64,000 bases of DNA. It comes from Planctomycetota bacterium (GTDB lineage Bacteria > Planctomycetota > UBA1135 > UBA2386). A program made the position numbers and the translations under genes. The notes under the pieces are model-generated. The model was not told the DNA's origin, made no database searches, and saw only the letters and a list, made by a program, of their open reading frames with translations. The DNA is taken from NCBI GenBank assembly GCA_965228735.1, contig OZ245838.1, positions 6,112,001 to 6,176,000 on the forward strand, in the 5' to 3' direction. The stretch's first letter is position 1; the number at the start of each line of letters is the position of its first letter. Shown here in pieces: positions 46,706 through 56,217 of this stretch.

Positions 46706-47239
46706 ATGAACCAGCCCGACCCCAGCGGCTCGACCGTCACGCCCGTCCTCGTCGAAGACCTGTTCGTCACCGAGGTCTTCCTCATCAAAGGCCGCGTCGC
46801 CGGCAAGACCAAGCGGTTGTCGAACCTGCTGCAGGACTACGAACGGCAGTTCCTCGAGGTGTCCGACGCGACGATGGTGTCGCTGCGCACCGGCGAAGTC
46901 GTGAAGACGCCGCGCGTGATGATCAACACGTCGGAGATCCGCTTCGCGCACGAGCTCGTCGAGGTCGCGGGCGACTTCGCGATGCGGCAGCTCGGCAAGA
47001 ACGAGAAGCCGACCCGGATCCGCGCGTTCTACAGCGGTGCGACGCAGTTCGAGCTCGCGGGCCAGATCGAGCCCGGCGCCTACGAGCTCAACCCGCTGAC
47101 GCAACGGCGATACTTCATCATGCAGCAGCCGACGATCCGCGGCCTCGACCTCGAGCATCCGGAGCTCCATCTGCTGCGGAATCTCGAGTACGCGATCGTG
47201 CGCCACGACGGCATGTCGTACGTCTACGACTTCTCGTAG
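46706..47239 (+). CDS. Hypothetical protein (DUF6812-like, two small beta domains)
   Basis: IKGRV...RLSNLL...FLEVSDA...INTSEIRF pattern; follows folC by 8 nt. Confidence 0.65.
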   Translation: MNQPDPSGSTVTPVLVEDLFVTEVFLIKGRVAGKTKRLSNLLQDYERQFLEVSDATMVSLRTGEVVKTPRVMINTSEIRFAHELVEVAGDFAMRQLGKNEKPTRIRAFYSGATQFELAGQIEPGAYELNPLTQRRYFIMQQPTIRGLDLEHPELHLLRNLEYAIVRHDGMSYVYDFS

Positions 47240-47256
47240 ACCGCGCCGATCCGCCG

Positions 47257-47757
47257 TTGCCAGCCGACAGTTCCTCCGAACCCCGCCAACCTGCCGTCGC
47301 GCCGCCGCGCGCGCCGTGGACCATTCCGCTGGCGCAGGGCCCGATCGGCGCGGGCGCCGATCGAGCGATCGCGGTCGTGTTCGCCGGCGCGGCGATCACG
47401 GCGGTCGCGGTGCTGTGGCCGCTCACGGCGGACGAGCAGGGCTTCGACACGCACACCCAGCTCGGCCTCGAACCGTGCGGCTGGCCGATCGCCTACGGGA
47501 TGCCGTGCCCGACGTGCGGCTGCACGACGGCCGCGACGCACGTCGTGCACGGCTCGCTGATCGACGCGTTCGTCACCCAGCCATTCGGCGCCGCGCTCGC
47601 CATCCTCGGTCTGTTCCTCGGTCTCCACGCGCTCTACTGCCTCGCGCGCGGCCACTCGTTCGTCGACCTCGTCGTGCGCATCAACTTCGGCCGCTGGCTG
47701 CTCGGCGGCACGCTGCTGCTGCTCGCATCCTGGGGCTACAAGTGCCTGATGATGTGA
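47257..47757 (+). CDS. DUF2752-like membrane protein
   Basis: THTQLGLEPC...GMPCPTCGCTTA...HG...AF...PFG; three TMs. Confidence 0.8.
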   Translation: MPADSSSEPRQPAVAPPRAPWTIPLAQGPIGAGADRAIAVVFAGAAITAVAVLWPLTADEQGFDTHTQLGLEPCGWPIAYGMPCPTCGCTTAATHVVHGSLIDAFVTQPFGAALAILGLFLGLHALYCLARGHSFVDLVVRINFGRWLLGGTLLLLASWGYKCLMM

Positions 47758-47884
47758 AGATGGCGGTACCGAACCCGTTTCGAATCCGCCACCTCGTCTC
47801 CTTCGCAAACGCGGGAGTGAAGGGCTGTTGGCGATGTCGGCGCGTGGCGGATTCGAAACGGGTTCGGTACCGCCATCCTCACGT
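47752..47884. repeat. Long palindromic REP/REPIN-like element, copy 2
   Basis: Perfect 34-bp inverted repeat (47759-47792 / 47844-47877) sharing GATGGCGGTACCGAACCCG with copy 1. Confidence 0.9.
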
Positions 47885-48820
47885 CTCGCTGTCGTCTTCG
47901 ACCGCGGTTTCGAGCAGCGCCAGGTACGACTCGTAGCGGGACTGCGCGATGTCGCCGGCTTCGACGGCCTGGCGCACGGCGCAACTGACTTCACCGGTGT
48001 GGCGGCAGCTGCGGTATTCGCATCGACCGAGGCGCTCGCCGATCTCGGGGAACAAGAACTGCAGCTCCTGCACGCCGACGTGGAACAGACCGAAGTTGCG
48101 CACGCCGGGCGTGTCGAGCACGTGGCCGCCGCCGGGGAGCGCGATGAGCTCGGTGTGCGACGTCGTGTGTTTGCCCTGTCGGATCCGATTGAGCGTGCCC
48201 GTGCGCAGCTGCAGTCCGGGAACGAGGTAGTTGAGCAACGTCGACTTGCCGGCGCCCGACGGGCCCGTGAACACGCTGCGGTTCTCGCGCAGCAGTTCGC
48301 GCAATTCGGTCAGCGAATCGGCCGTCTCCTTGCCGGCCGTCGTGCACGTCTGCAGCACGGGCACGCCGATCGCGCGATAGACCGCGGCCCAGTCGTCGCT
48401 CTTCTTCCTCGCCACGTCGTACTTCGTCATCACGATCGTCGCCGTGATGCGTTCGCGGCGCGCGGCGGCGAGCACGCTGTCGACGAGATCGGGCTGGAAC
48501 GGCGGTTGCTTCGGGCTCGCGACGACGAACGCGTGCGTGATGTTGGCTGCGATCACCTGCATGCGCGGCGCGCCCTCGCCGGCCGCCTTGCGATGCAGTT
48601 GCGAGGTGCGTGGCAGCACCTCGTCGACGGCCTCGCCGGTAGTATCGAGTCGCACGAGGTCGCCGACCGCGACGGGGCGCTTCTCGTGGCTCCGGACCTC
48701 GAACAGTTTGCCCGCGAGCGGCAGCTTGTGCACCGCACCGTCGATCTCGACATGGCACACCTTGGCGTCGACGCGTAGAACGAGGCCGGTGAGTGCTGGC
48801 GTGGGCAATGACGATGACAT
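47879..48820 (-). CDS. rsgA: Ribosome small subunit-dependent GTPase A
   Basis: AVGDLV, IAANI, TKYD, GPSGAGKSTLLN, GKHTT, DTPG, C-terminal CEYRSCRHTGEVSC. Confidence 0.93.
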   Translation of the reverse strand: MSSSLPTPALTGLVLRVDAKVCHVEIDGAVHKLPLAGKLFEVRSHEKRPVAVGDLVRLDTTGEAVDEVLPRTSQLHRKAAGEGAPRMQVIAANITHAFVVASPKQPPFQPDLVDSVLAAARRERITATIVMTKYDVARKKSDDWAAVYRAIGVPVLQTCTTAGKETADSLTELRELLRENRSVFTGPSGAGKSTLLNYLVPGLQLRTGTLNRIRQGKHTTSHTELIALPGGGHVLDTPGVRNFGLFHVGVQELQFLFPEIGERLGRCEYRSCRHTGEVSCAVRQAVEAGDIAQSRYESYLALLETAVEDDSET

Positions 48821-48839
48821 CGATGATGGGGCAGCGGTC

Positions 48840-49766
48840 GTGCGCGGCCGACTCGCGCCGAGTCCGACGGGAGCCCTGCACCTCGGCAACGCCAGGTCGT
48901 TCCTGCTGGCGTGGTTGTCGGTGCGCGCGGCCGGAGGAACTCTACTGCTCCGCGTCGAGGACATCGACGGTCCCCGCGTGAAGCCCGCAGCCACGACGCA
49001 GGTCATCGAAGATCTGCAGTGGCTCGGGCTCGATTGGGACGGCGAGGTGACGCGGCAGAGTGAACGGATACCGCGCTACCGAGCCGCTGCCGATCGCCTC
49101 GTCGCGGCCGGTCTGGCGTATCCGTGCGTCTGCACCCGCAAGGAAGTCGAGGAGGCCAGCTCCGCCCCACACGAGTCCGCTGCCGCGGTCGACGGACCGG
49201 TCTACCCGGGAACGTGCCGCGACCGCTTCGCGAGTGTCGATGCGGCGCGCGCGGCCACGGGCCGCGACCCGGCGTTGCGGTTCCGGGTCGACGTCGGCGC
49301 GGTGCCGTTCGACGACGGGTTCCTCGGGCCGCAGCCCGGCGCCGTCGCCGGCGACTTCGTGATCGGCAAGCGCGACGGCGGCCCGGCCTACCAGCTGGCG
49401 GTCGTCGTCGACGATGCGGCGCAGGGCGTGACCGAGGTGCTCCGGGCCGATGACCTGTTGCCGAGCACGCCGCGGCAGCTGTTGCTCTACCACGCGCTCG
49501 GCCTGCAACAGCCGCGGTTCGTGCACGTCCCACTCGTCGTCGGTCACGACGGCCGACGCCTCGCGAAGCGCCACGGTGACACGTCGCTGCGTTGGTTCCG
49601 TGACCAGGGCGTGACCGCCGAACGCCTCGTCGGCTACCTCGCGTTCCTCTCTGGGTTGCGACCGCGCGGCACGTCGTGTCGCGCCGTCGATCTGCTCGCG
49701 GAGTTCGACCTGAAGGTGCTGCCGCGTGGACCCGTGCGGGGCGACGACCACGGCTTGCTCGAGTAG
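48840..49766 (+). CDS. gluQ: tRNA glutamyl-Q(34) synthetase GluQRS
   Basis: RLAPSPTGALHLGN, YPCVCTRKE, YPGTCR, YQLAVVVDD, RLAKR; ~310 aa with no anticodon-binding domain; start 48801 or 48840. Confidence 0.9.
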   Translation: MRGRLAPSPTGALHLGNARSFLLAWLSVRAAGGTLLLRVEDIDGPRVKPAATTQVIEDLQWLGLDWDGEVTRQSERIPRYRAAADRLVAAGLAYPCVCTRKEVEEASSAPHESAAAVDGPVYPGTCRDRFASVDAARAATGRDPALRFRVDVGAVPFDDGFLGPQPGAVAGDFVIGKRDGGPAYQLAVVVDDAAQGVTEVLRADDLLPSTPRQLLLYHALGLQQPRFVHVPLVVGHDGRRLAKRHGDTSLRWFRDQGVTAERLVGYLAFLSGLRPRGTSCRAVDLLAEFDLKVLPRGPVRGDDHGLLE

Positions 49767-49812
49767 GGCGCCGCGGCGCGGCTCGGCTGCCGCGGACCGT
49801 CTCGTCCGCCGG

Positions 49813-52767
49813 CTATCGGGGGCGCTCGATGCCGTGAGCGGCAACGGCCTCGGCGAGCTCGTCCGTGCGCTGGTTCAGCGCTGCGCGCTCGTTCCTGCGG
49901 GTCACCTCGATGAGATGGTCGTAGGTGATCGCCCACGCGGCGTTGGCGAACGATCGCGCCGGGCCGGTCGTGGTCACGTCCTCGAGGGCTTCGCCGAAGG
50001 CCGTCAGCGCGGCCGCGAACGCGTCGTGACGGGCGAGCGCGTCGGTCGCGGTTGCGGCCGTTGCCTCGGCGACGGCCTCGGCCAGCGCGGTCGCCGGGAC
50101 CTGCTGCTCGTTCGCCAGGTCCGCGACCCGCGTGCGCAGAGCCTGGATCCGCTCTGCGATCGAGCCCGCGTCGTTCTCGCCGGCGAACACGGTGCTCAAC
50201 AACCACGGTCCGGCGGTCCACGCTAGCGTCGAGAGCGACAGCACGAGCGACGCCGCGAGCACGAGCAGCGCGCGCCGCCTTGTCCGGGCGCGCCGCGCGG
50301 CTTCGGCCGCGCGCGTCTCGACCTCGCGATTGCAGGCCGCGACGACGGTGCGCCAGTGTTCGAGCTGCCGCAGCAATCGCCCCGGCGGATCGTTGTCGAA
50401 CGTTGCCGAGCTCGCCGCCGTCTCGAGCGCTTTCGTCGTGCGCGTCGCGATCTCGCGGCGTGGCTCGACGTCACTCGCCTCGTCGAACGTCAGTTCGGCG
50501 CCCGCGGCTTGTTCGAGCGCGATGTGCAACTCGACGTCGCGCAGGTCCGCGGCGTAGAGCTGCGCGCGTTCCTCCGGCAACTTCTGTCGCAACTTCCGCA
50601 GCTGGGTACGGCGCTCGCGCAGGGTCGCGAGCCGGTCCTCGACCGTGCTCGCCGGGTCGTCCTGCTGCATGCCGTAGCGGTTGCCGAGTTCGACGTTGTG
50701 CCGCACCGCGTCCTCGAGCTCGCGCTTCTGCGCGCGCGCTTCCTCGAGCCGCTCCTCGAGTCGTTGCGCCTCCGCACGTTCTTCTTCATCTGCCGGGTTC
50801 AGGCCCGCGACCGCGCGCTCCATGTCGAACAAGCCCGTCGTCCAGTGACCGCGCGCCATCGCCTCCTCGGCGCCCTCGGTGAGCCGATCGCGCGCTGCCC
50901 GGGCCTGCTCGAATTCGAGGCGCAGCTGCTCGATCGCGTCGAGCAGCTCGCTGCGCGGCCGCTCGGGGCGGTCGACGAGCGCCTCCAGGATGCGGAACGA
51001 GTCGAGCCGTCCGAGCGTGATCTGCAGCGGTCGCACGGGCACGGGCACGGACTCGAGCTGCTTGCTCGCCTCGGCGACGAGCTCGGCTGCGCGATCCGAC
51101 GTGTGCTCGAGGGCGCTCGTGAGGGCGTCGTGCGCCGGACCCGAGCGCACGTAGAGGTGCGGCAGTTCTTCCGCGAGGTTGACGAGGGTCACCTGCAGGC
51201 TGCGCAGCCCCAGCGGCGTCGTCACGTCGGGGCGATTGGCCGGGCCGATCGCGCGCGCACACTCGGTCACGAAACCGAGCAGCGGATCGAGCGCCGTGCG
51301 ATCCCAGGTCTGCGCGAGGCGTTCGACGCTCGGCAGGCCGAGCGCGATGCGTTCGCAGAAGAAGCGCAGGCGATGCAGCTGATCGCGGCGTCGCGCCGCG
51401 GTCGGGGAGGCGCCGCCGTAGCGTTCGGCCATCGCGTCGATCGCCGCCTCCGCGCGGTCCAGGTCGAGTTCCTGTTCGGCCGAGTCGATCGCCGATGTTG
51501 CGGTCGCGAGCTCTGCCCGCGCGTCGGCGAGCTGATCCTGCAGTCGGCGCAAGAACGCGAGCGGATCGCGCTGCAGCAGCCCGACGGTCCGCGGATCGGG
51601 CGCGCCGGGGATCGGCTCCCGGCCCGGCACGAGCAGCAGCGCGCGCGTGAGCTGCAGGCTGTCGTCGAGCCAGTGCGCGGCGTCGTCGTGGCGTTCATCG
51701 CGCTGAAAGCCGCTCACCCGGCTGGCCGTCGCCGCCAGCAGATCGCGAGCGCACGCCGTGAGTCGGCGGCGCCACGTGAGGAGGTTGCGCTGCCGGGGGA
51801 AGTGGCGCAACGCGCGTTGCACGTGGTGCAGGGCGCGCAAGGTCGCGGCGGGAGTCGACGGTGCGCCATCGGGGATCTGCAGCAACTCGGGGAAACGCTC
51901 GCGCAGTCGGCGCTGGCGCGCGGCGAACCGCTGCAGCTCGGCATGGCGCGGCGAATCACTGACGAACTCGAGTCGTTCGCCCGCGGCCAGTGGTCCGAGG
52001 ATCTCCTCGTCGCTGTCGTTCTGCAGCCGCCGCGCGATCGTCGCCAGCCGCTCGGCGATGCTCGCCGCGGCCGGCCGCGCATTGGGATCTTCGGCCATGC
52101 ACGCGCGCACGAGCTCGTGCAGGTCGCGATCCTGCGGCAACCGTGCGAGCCCCGCGCCCGTCAGCAGCCAGCGCAGCGTTGCGCCGAGCCCGTAGACGTC
52201 GAGGGCGGGCGAGGGTGCTGCCCCGTGGCGCGCTTCGGGCGCGGCGAAGCCGCCGGTCCCGTGCACGGGCCCCGGTTCACCCGCCGCCGCGGTCGGGTTG
52301 ATCGCCGCTGCGTGTTCGAGGTCGAGCACCAGCGTCGTCGTCGCCGTCGCGAGCAGGTTGCCCGGCTTGATGTCGCCGTGGCAGTAGCCCGCCGGCGCGC
52401 TGGGCCCGCGATGGGCGTGCATCGCGGCGAGCGTTCGCGCGACCGGCACGAGCAACTCGGCAGCACGGGCGGCCGGCACCGCGCCCGAACGCGCCACCAC
52501 GTGGTCGAGGTCCTGGCCCTCGTGCCAGTCGAGCAACACGCACGGACTGTTGGTCGCCGGGTCGAGTCGCGCGCCCAGGTAACGCGCGATATCGAGTCCC
52601 GCGAGTTCGCGCCCGATCGCCGCTTCCTGCTCGGCATCGGCGAGCGCTCCGCGCACGAACAGCTTGCACACCACCGTCCGGCCGCCATCGGATGTGACGA
52701 ACAGCGTCCGCTCGAGCGAGCAGTGCAGGAGCCGGTCGGACCCGGTCGCTGGGGTGGGGCGTGACAT
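49813..52767 (-). CDS. Atypical Ser/Thr protein kinase with long helical/coiled-coil region and C-terminal TM
   Basis: VVCK, HGDIKPGN, DLE in place of DFG, GTGGFAAPE, DVYGLG; no Gly-rich loop. Confidence 0.85.
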   Translation of the reverse strand: MSRPTPATGSDRLLHCSLERTLFVTSDGGRTVVCKLFVRGALADAEQEAAIGRELAGLDIARYLGARLDPATNSPCVLLDWHEGQDLDHVVARSGAVPAARAAELLVPVARTLAAMHAHRGPSAPAGYCHGDIKPGNLLATATTTLVLDLEHAAAINPTAAAGEPGPVHGTGGFAAPEARHGAAPSPALDVYGLGATLRWLLTGAGLARLPQDRDLHELVRACMAEDPNARPAAASIAERLATIARRLQNDSDEEILGPLAAGERLEFVSDSPRHAELQRFAARQRRLRERFPELLQIPDGAPSTPAATLRALHHVQRALRHFPRQRNLLTWRRRLTACARDLLAATASRVSGFQRDERHDDAAHWLDDSLQLTRALLLVPGREPIPGAPDPRTVGLLQRDPLAFLRRLQDQLADARAELATATSAIDSAEQELDLDRAEAAIDAMAERYGGASPTAARRRDQLHRLRFFCERIALGLPSVERLAQTWDRTALDPLLGFVTECARAIGPANRPDVTTPLGLRSLQVTLVNLAEELPHLYVRSGPAHDALTSALEHTSDRAAELVAEASKQLESVPVPVRPLQITLGRLDSFRILEALVDRPERPRSELLDAIEQLRLEFEQARAARDRLTEGAEEAMARGHWTTGLFDMERAVAGLNPADEEERAEAQRLEERLEEARAQKRELEDAVRHNVELGNRYGMQQDDPASTVEDRLATLRERRTQLRKLRQKLPEERAQLYAADLRDVELHIALEQAAGAELTFDEASDVEPRREIATRTTKALETAASSATFDNDPPGRLLRQLEHWRTVVAACNREVETRAAEAARRARTRRRALLVLAASLVLSLSTLAWTAGPWLLSTVFAGENDAGSIAERIQALRTRVADLANEQQVPATALAEAVAEATAATATDALARHDAFAAALTAFGEALEDVTTTGPARSFANAAWAITYDHLIEVTRRNERAALNQRTDELAEAVAAHGIERPR

Positions 52768-52871
52768 CTTCGGTACGGTCGTCGGGGCGAGCGTAGCGCG
52801 TCGGGGGAGGGGTCGGAGAAGGGCGCCTGCAGGAGGGGTTACGGCACAGGAAGAATAACCCAGCCACCCTC

Positions 52872-53062
52872 GAATGCCCTCACCAGGAACTGATGGCTTG
52901 GGTGTGGGCGATCGGTCTCAAGGCAGTTCGAGTTGGTCGGTTAGGTCCGGTTTGACGTCCCCCCGCCCGGGCGTGCACGTTGTCATCGCTCGCATCGGGG
53001 TTTGCGCGACCTCGTCGCCTCACGATCCACACCCAAGCCATCAGCTCCGGGTGGCGGTATTC
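52872..53062. other. ~190-bp inverted-repeat element (structured ncRNA or MITE-like)
   Basis: Ungapped 36-bp arms (52872-52907 / 53027-53062), 31/36 Watson-Crick with an 18-bp perfect core; further short inner helices. Confidence 0.75.
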
Positions 53063-53110
53063 CGACGGGAGGGGGTCGCCAATCACTCCACCCCGGCGAT
53101 AATCCGACGC

Positions 53111-54994
53111 ATGCCCGTGACCCTCGAAATCACCGACCATTCTGGCAATCGCGAGGTCGAAGTCGACGAGGACACGTTCTGGATCGGTGGGCCGAAGTCC
53201 GAGGCGGCGGTCGTGCTCGAGCTGCCGGGCGTGTTCGGCCGACTGCTCGAGGTCGCGCGCGATGATCGTGGCCGGCTGCGGGTGCGCGCCGAGCCCGGGC
53301 TGCCGTTCCCGGTGCGGTGTGCGACGGGGAACGTGGGCAGCCGGTTCGAGAGCTTCCTCGACGGTGACACGTTGAACGTCGGGCCGGCGCTCGTGCGGTT
53401 GCGGCACGTCGCGACGAGCGCGGATGGTGAAGGCGGTGAGTCGGTGCAGGAGATCGATCCCGCGGCGCTCGCGCCCGGGCCGGGTTCGCCGGTCGGGGCG
53501 TGGTATCAGACGTTCATGGAGATGGCGGATCATCTCGAAGGGCTGAAGAGTCCCGACCAGATGGTGCCGGCGGCGATGGCGGCGATCCTGCGGGCGACGG
53601 GGGCGGATCGCGTGCACGTGTTGCTCGACACGGACGAGGGTGGCCAGTCGTTCTTCACGAGTCGCGCCGGGGACAAGCGGCCGTTCCGACCGAGCCGTTC
53701 CCTCGTGGAGCAGGTGCGTGAGTCGGGGCGGGTGGTGCACGTGCCGATCGCGGCGTCGGATCCCGTGGCGAGCACGTTTCAGAGCATTCGCAGCGAGGGC
53801 ATTTCGGCGGCCGTGGCGCTGCCGGTGCAGGCGCTCGGCAACACGCTCGGCATCCTGTACGCGGACTGCACACGCGATGGCGCGGTGTTGTCGGCGGAGG
53901 ATCTGCAGCGCATGGCGTTCTGCAGCCGCATCCTCGCGACGGCGCTCGGCAATCGCGTGCTCGTCCGCAGTCTGCTGAAGCGCGAGGTCGGTCAGTCCGA
54001 GGCGCCGCACTGGGCGCTCGAGACGAGCAGCCCGGCCTGCGCCGAGCTCGTCGAGCGTGTCAAGTTGTATGCGCCGGCCGACTACACGGTGCTGTTGCGC
54101 GGTGAGACCGGCGCCGGCAAGGAGGTGATCGCGCGCGCGCTGCACGACCTGTCGCGCCGCAGCAAGGGACCGTTCGTGCCGGTCAACTGCGCCGCGATTC
54201 CCGAGCAGCTCATGGAGAGCATGTTGTTCGGTCACGAGAAGGGGTCGTTCACGGGTGCGGTGCAGAACCGTCGCGGCCACTTCGAGGAGGCGCACGGCGG
54301 CACGATCTTCCTCGACGAGATCGGCGACATGGCGCTCGAACTGCAGGCGAAGATCCTGCGCGTGCTGCAGGATCGCGTCGTGATGCCGATCGGCAGCCAG
54401 CGCCAGATCCGCGTCGACGTGCGCATCATCGCCGCGACGCACCAGGACCTCGTGCGCATGGTGAAGGAAGGGCGCTTCCGGCAGGACCTCTACTACCGTC
54501 TCTGCGAGCTCGCGATCGAGTTGCCGGCGCTGCGCGAGCGCGCGGAAGACGTCGAGATGCTGTGCGGTCGGTTCCTCATCGAGGCGGCCGAGGAGCTCGG
54601 CTATTCGGACGTGCCGGGGCTCGCCGAGGACGCGCTCACCGAGTTGCGGCAGCAGCGGTGGCCCGGGAACGTGCGTGAGTTGCGGCACGTCATCAAGGGC
54701 GCTGCGTTGCGATCGGGTGGTGACACGCTGACCGTCGAGCACCTGGATCTGCGCCAGCACGATGCGAGCGGGGAGCTGTTCGGCGAGGCGGAGTTCGCCG
54801 CTGCCACGGGTGACGCGGGTGACACGGCGGCGGCCGCGACCTGGAAAGAACGTCTCGAGGCCCAGGAGAAGGAGGCGCTGCGGCGCACGCTCGCGGCGGC
54901 GAGCGGCAACCTGACGCGGGCCGCCGAGATGTTCGGGGTGCCGCGAACCACGTATCGCGAGAAACTTCAGCGTCACGGTCTGCTCGAAACGTAG
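53111..54994 (+). CDS. Sigma54-dependent Fis-family activator with FHA-like and GAF domains
   Basis: GETGAGKE, ESMLFGHEKGSFTGA, FLDEIG, RQDLYYRL, WPGNVREL, Fis HTH; upstream GAF-like region. Confidence 0.93.
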   Translation: MPVTLEITDHSGNREVEVDEDTFWIGGPKSEAAVVLELPGVFGRLLEVARDDRGRLRVRAEPGLPFPVRCATGNVGSRFESFLDGDTLNVGPALVRLRHVATSADGEGGESVQEIDPAALAPGPGSPVGAWYQTFMEMADHLEGLKSPDQMVPAAMAAILRATGADRVHVLLDTDEGGQSFFTSRAGDKRPFRPSRSLVEQVRESGRVVHVPIAASDPVASTFQSIRSEGISAAVALPVQALGNTLGILYADCTRDGAVLSAEDLQRMAFCSRILATALGNRVLVRSLLKREVGQSEAPHWALETSSPACAELVERVKLYAPADYTVLLRGETGAGKEVIARALHDLSRRSKGPFVPVNCAAIPEQLMESMLFGHEKGSFTGAVQNRRGHFEEAHGGTIFLDEIGDMALELQAKILRVLQDRVVMPIGSQRQIRVDVRIIAATHQDLVRMVKEGRFRQDLYYRLCELAIELPALRERAEDVEMLCGRFLIEAAEELGYSDVPGLAEDALTELRQQRWPGNVRELRHVIKGAALRSGGDTLTVEHLDLRQHDASGELFGEAEFAAATGDAGDTAAAATWKERLEAQEKEALRRTLAAASGNLTRAAEMFGVPRTTYREKLQRHGLLET

Positions 54995-55004
54995 TTCGTC
55001 ACCG

Positions 55005-56138
55005 ATGACCGATCTGCCCGTTATCGACCCCGACATCCGCCGGGCGCGGACGTTGCCGGGCGCGTTCTACGGCGATCCCGCGTGGTACGTTCGCCAACGT
55101 GAGGTGTTCGCGCGCGCCTGGCACATGGCGCCGATGAATCGTACGGCACCCGCGCCGGGCCATGTCGAGCCGTGGTTGCTCGAGAGCTGCGGGCTCGACG
55201 AGGCGCTGGTCTGGACGCGGAACGGGGATGGGGCGCGGCGCTGCCTCTCGAACGTCTGCACGCACCGCGGTCGCGTCGTGTGTGACAGCGCCGGGCCGCG
55301 TGAGGTGCTCACGTGCACGTATCACGGGCGCTGCTTCGACTTCGACGGCAGCGTGCGCGCGGCGCCCGGCTTCGAGGACGTCGCCGGCTTTCCGGGGCCG
55401 ACCGATGCGTTGCCTACGGTCGCAACGGGGGAGTGGGCCGGGTTCGCGTTCGCCTCGCTGGCGCCGAGTCTGCCGTTCGCGGAGTGGACGGGCGCGCTCG
55501 AGGCGTGGCTCGGCCATTGGGCTGCCGGCGATCCGAGCGGTGACGCGACGCGCGGTGATCTGGGGTTGGGCGCGATGCCCGACGAGCCGGCGTTCCGGCA
55601 CGACTACGAGTTCGATGCGCACTGGGCGCTCTACCTCGACAACTTCCTCGAGGGTTTCCACATCCCGTACGTGCACCCGGCGCTGCAGCGCACGTTGACG
55701 AGCGAGTACGAGACCGTGCTCTTCGATCACGCGTCCGTGCAGGTCGGGTTCTCGCGGCCCGGCGAACCGGTGCTCGAGTTCCCCGCGGGGCATCCGATGC
55801 ACGGGCGGCCCGTCGCGGCGCTGTTCTTCTTCCTGTTCCCCGGAACGCTGCTCAACATCTATCCGTGGGGCATCTCGATCAACCTGGTCGAACCGCTCGG
55901 GCCGCTGCGAACACGCGTCCGGTATCGGCAGTACGTGCGTCGTCCGGAGCTGCGCGAGCATGGTGCGGGCGGTGACCTCGAGACGGTCGAGGCCGAGGAC
56001 CAGGCCGTCGTGCTGGCCACGCAGCGCGGCGTGCGCGGTCGGCTGTACCAGCGTGGCCGCTACGCGCCGGCGGAAGAACGCGCGGTGCATCACTTCCATC
56101 GTCAGCTCGTCGCGGCGATGCAATCCGTTGGGGTCTGA
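55005..56138 (+). CDS. Rieske non-heme iron oxygenase alpha subunit (choline monooxygenase-like)
   Basis: NVCTHRG...CTYHG Rieske ligands, DNFLEGFHIPYVH, EAED. Confidence 0.9.
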   Translation: MTDLPVIDPDIRRARTLPGAFYGDPAWYVRQREVFARAWHMAPMNRTAPAPGHVEPWLLESCGLDEALVWTRNGDGARRCLSNVCTHRGRVVCDSAGPREVLTCTYHGRCFDFDGSVRAAPGFEDVAGFPGPTDALPTVATGEWAGFAFASLAPSLPFAEWTGALEAWLGHWAAGDPSGDATRGDLGLGAMPDEPAFRHDYEFDAHWALYLDNFLEGFHIPYVHPALQRTLTSEYETVLFDHASVQVGFSRPGEPVLEFPAGHPMHGRPVAALFFFLFPGTLLNIYPWGISINLVEPLGPLRTRVRYRQYVRRPELREHGAGGDLETVEAEDQAVVLATQRGVRGRLYQRGRYAPAEERAVHHFHRQLVAAMQSVGV

Positions 56139-56217
56139 TGCGTCGTCGCGACACCGGCCCTCGCCGTGACCGCGTCCTGCCTTGTTTCTCGGCGGTATTG
56201 CCGTAACCAAAGGCGAA

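Noticed and set aside
48840..49766. Call as glutamate--tRNA ligase (gltX)
   Set aside because: About 310 aa, ending without the anticodon-binding domain; YPGTCR and YQLAVVVDD fit GluQRS
52941..52955. TTAGGTCCGG resembling the SRP RNA domain IV start
   Set aside because: The following GAAGGAAGCAGC motif is absent
53071..53094. GGGGGTCGCC...CTCCACC resembling tmRNA/tRNA ends
   Set aside because: Only ~24 nt, with no T-arm, D-arm or tag reading frame
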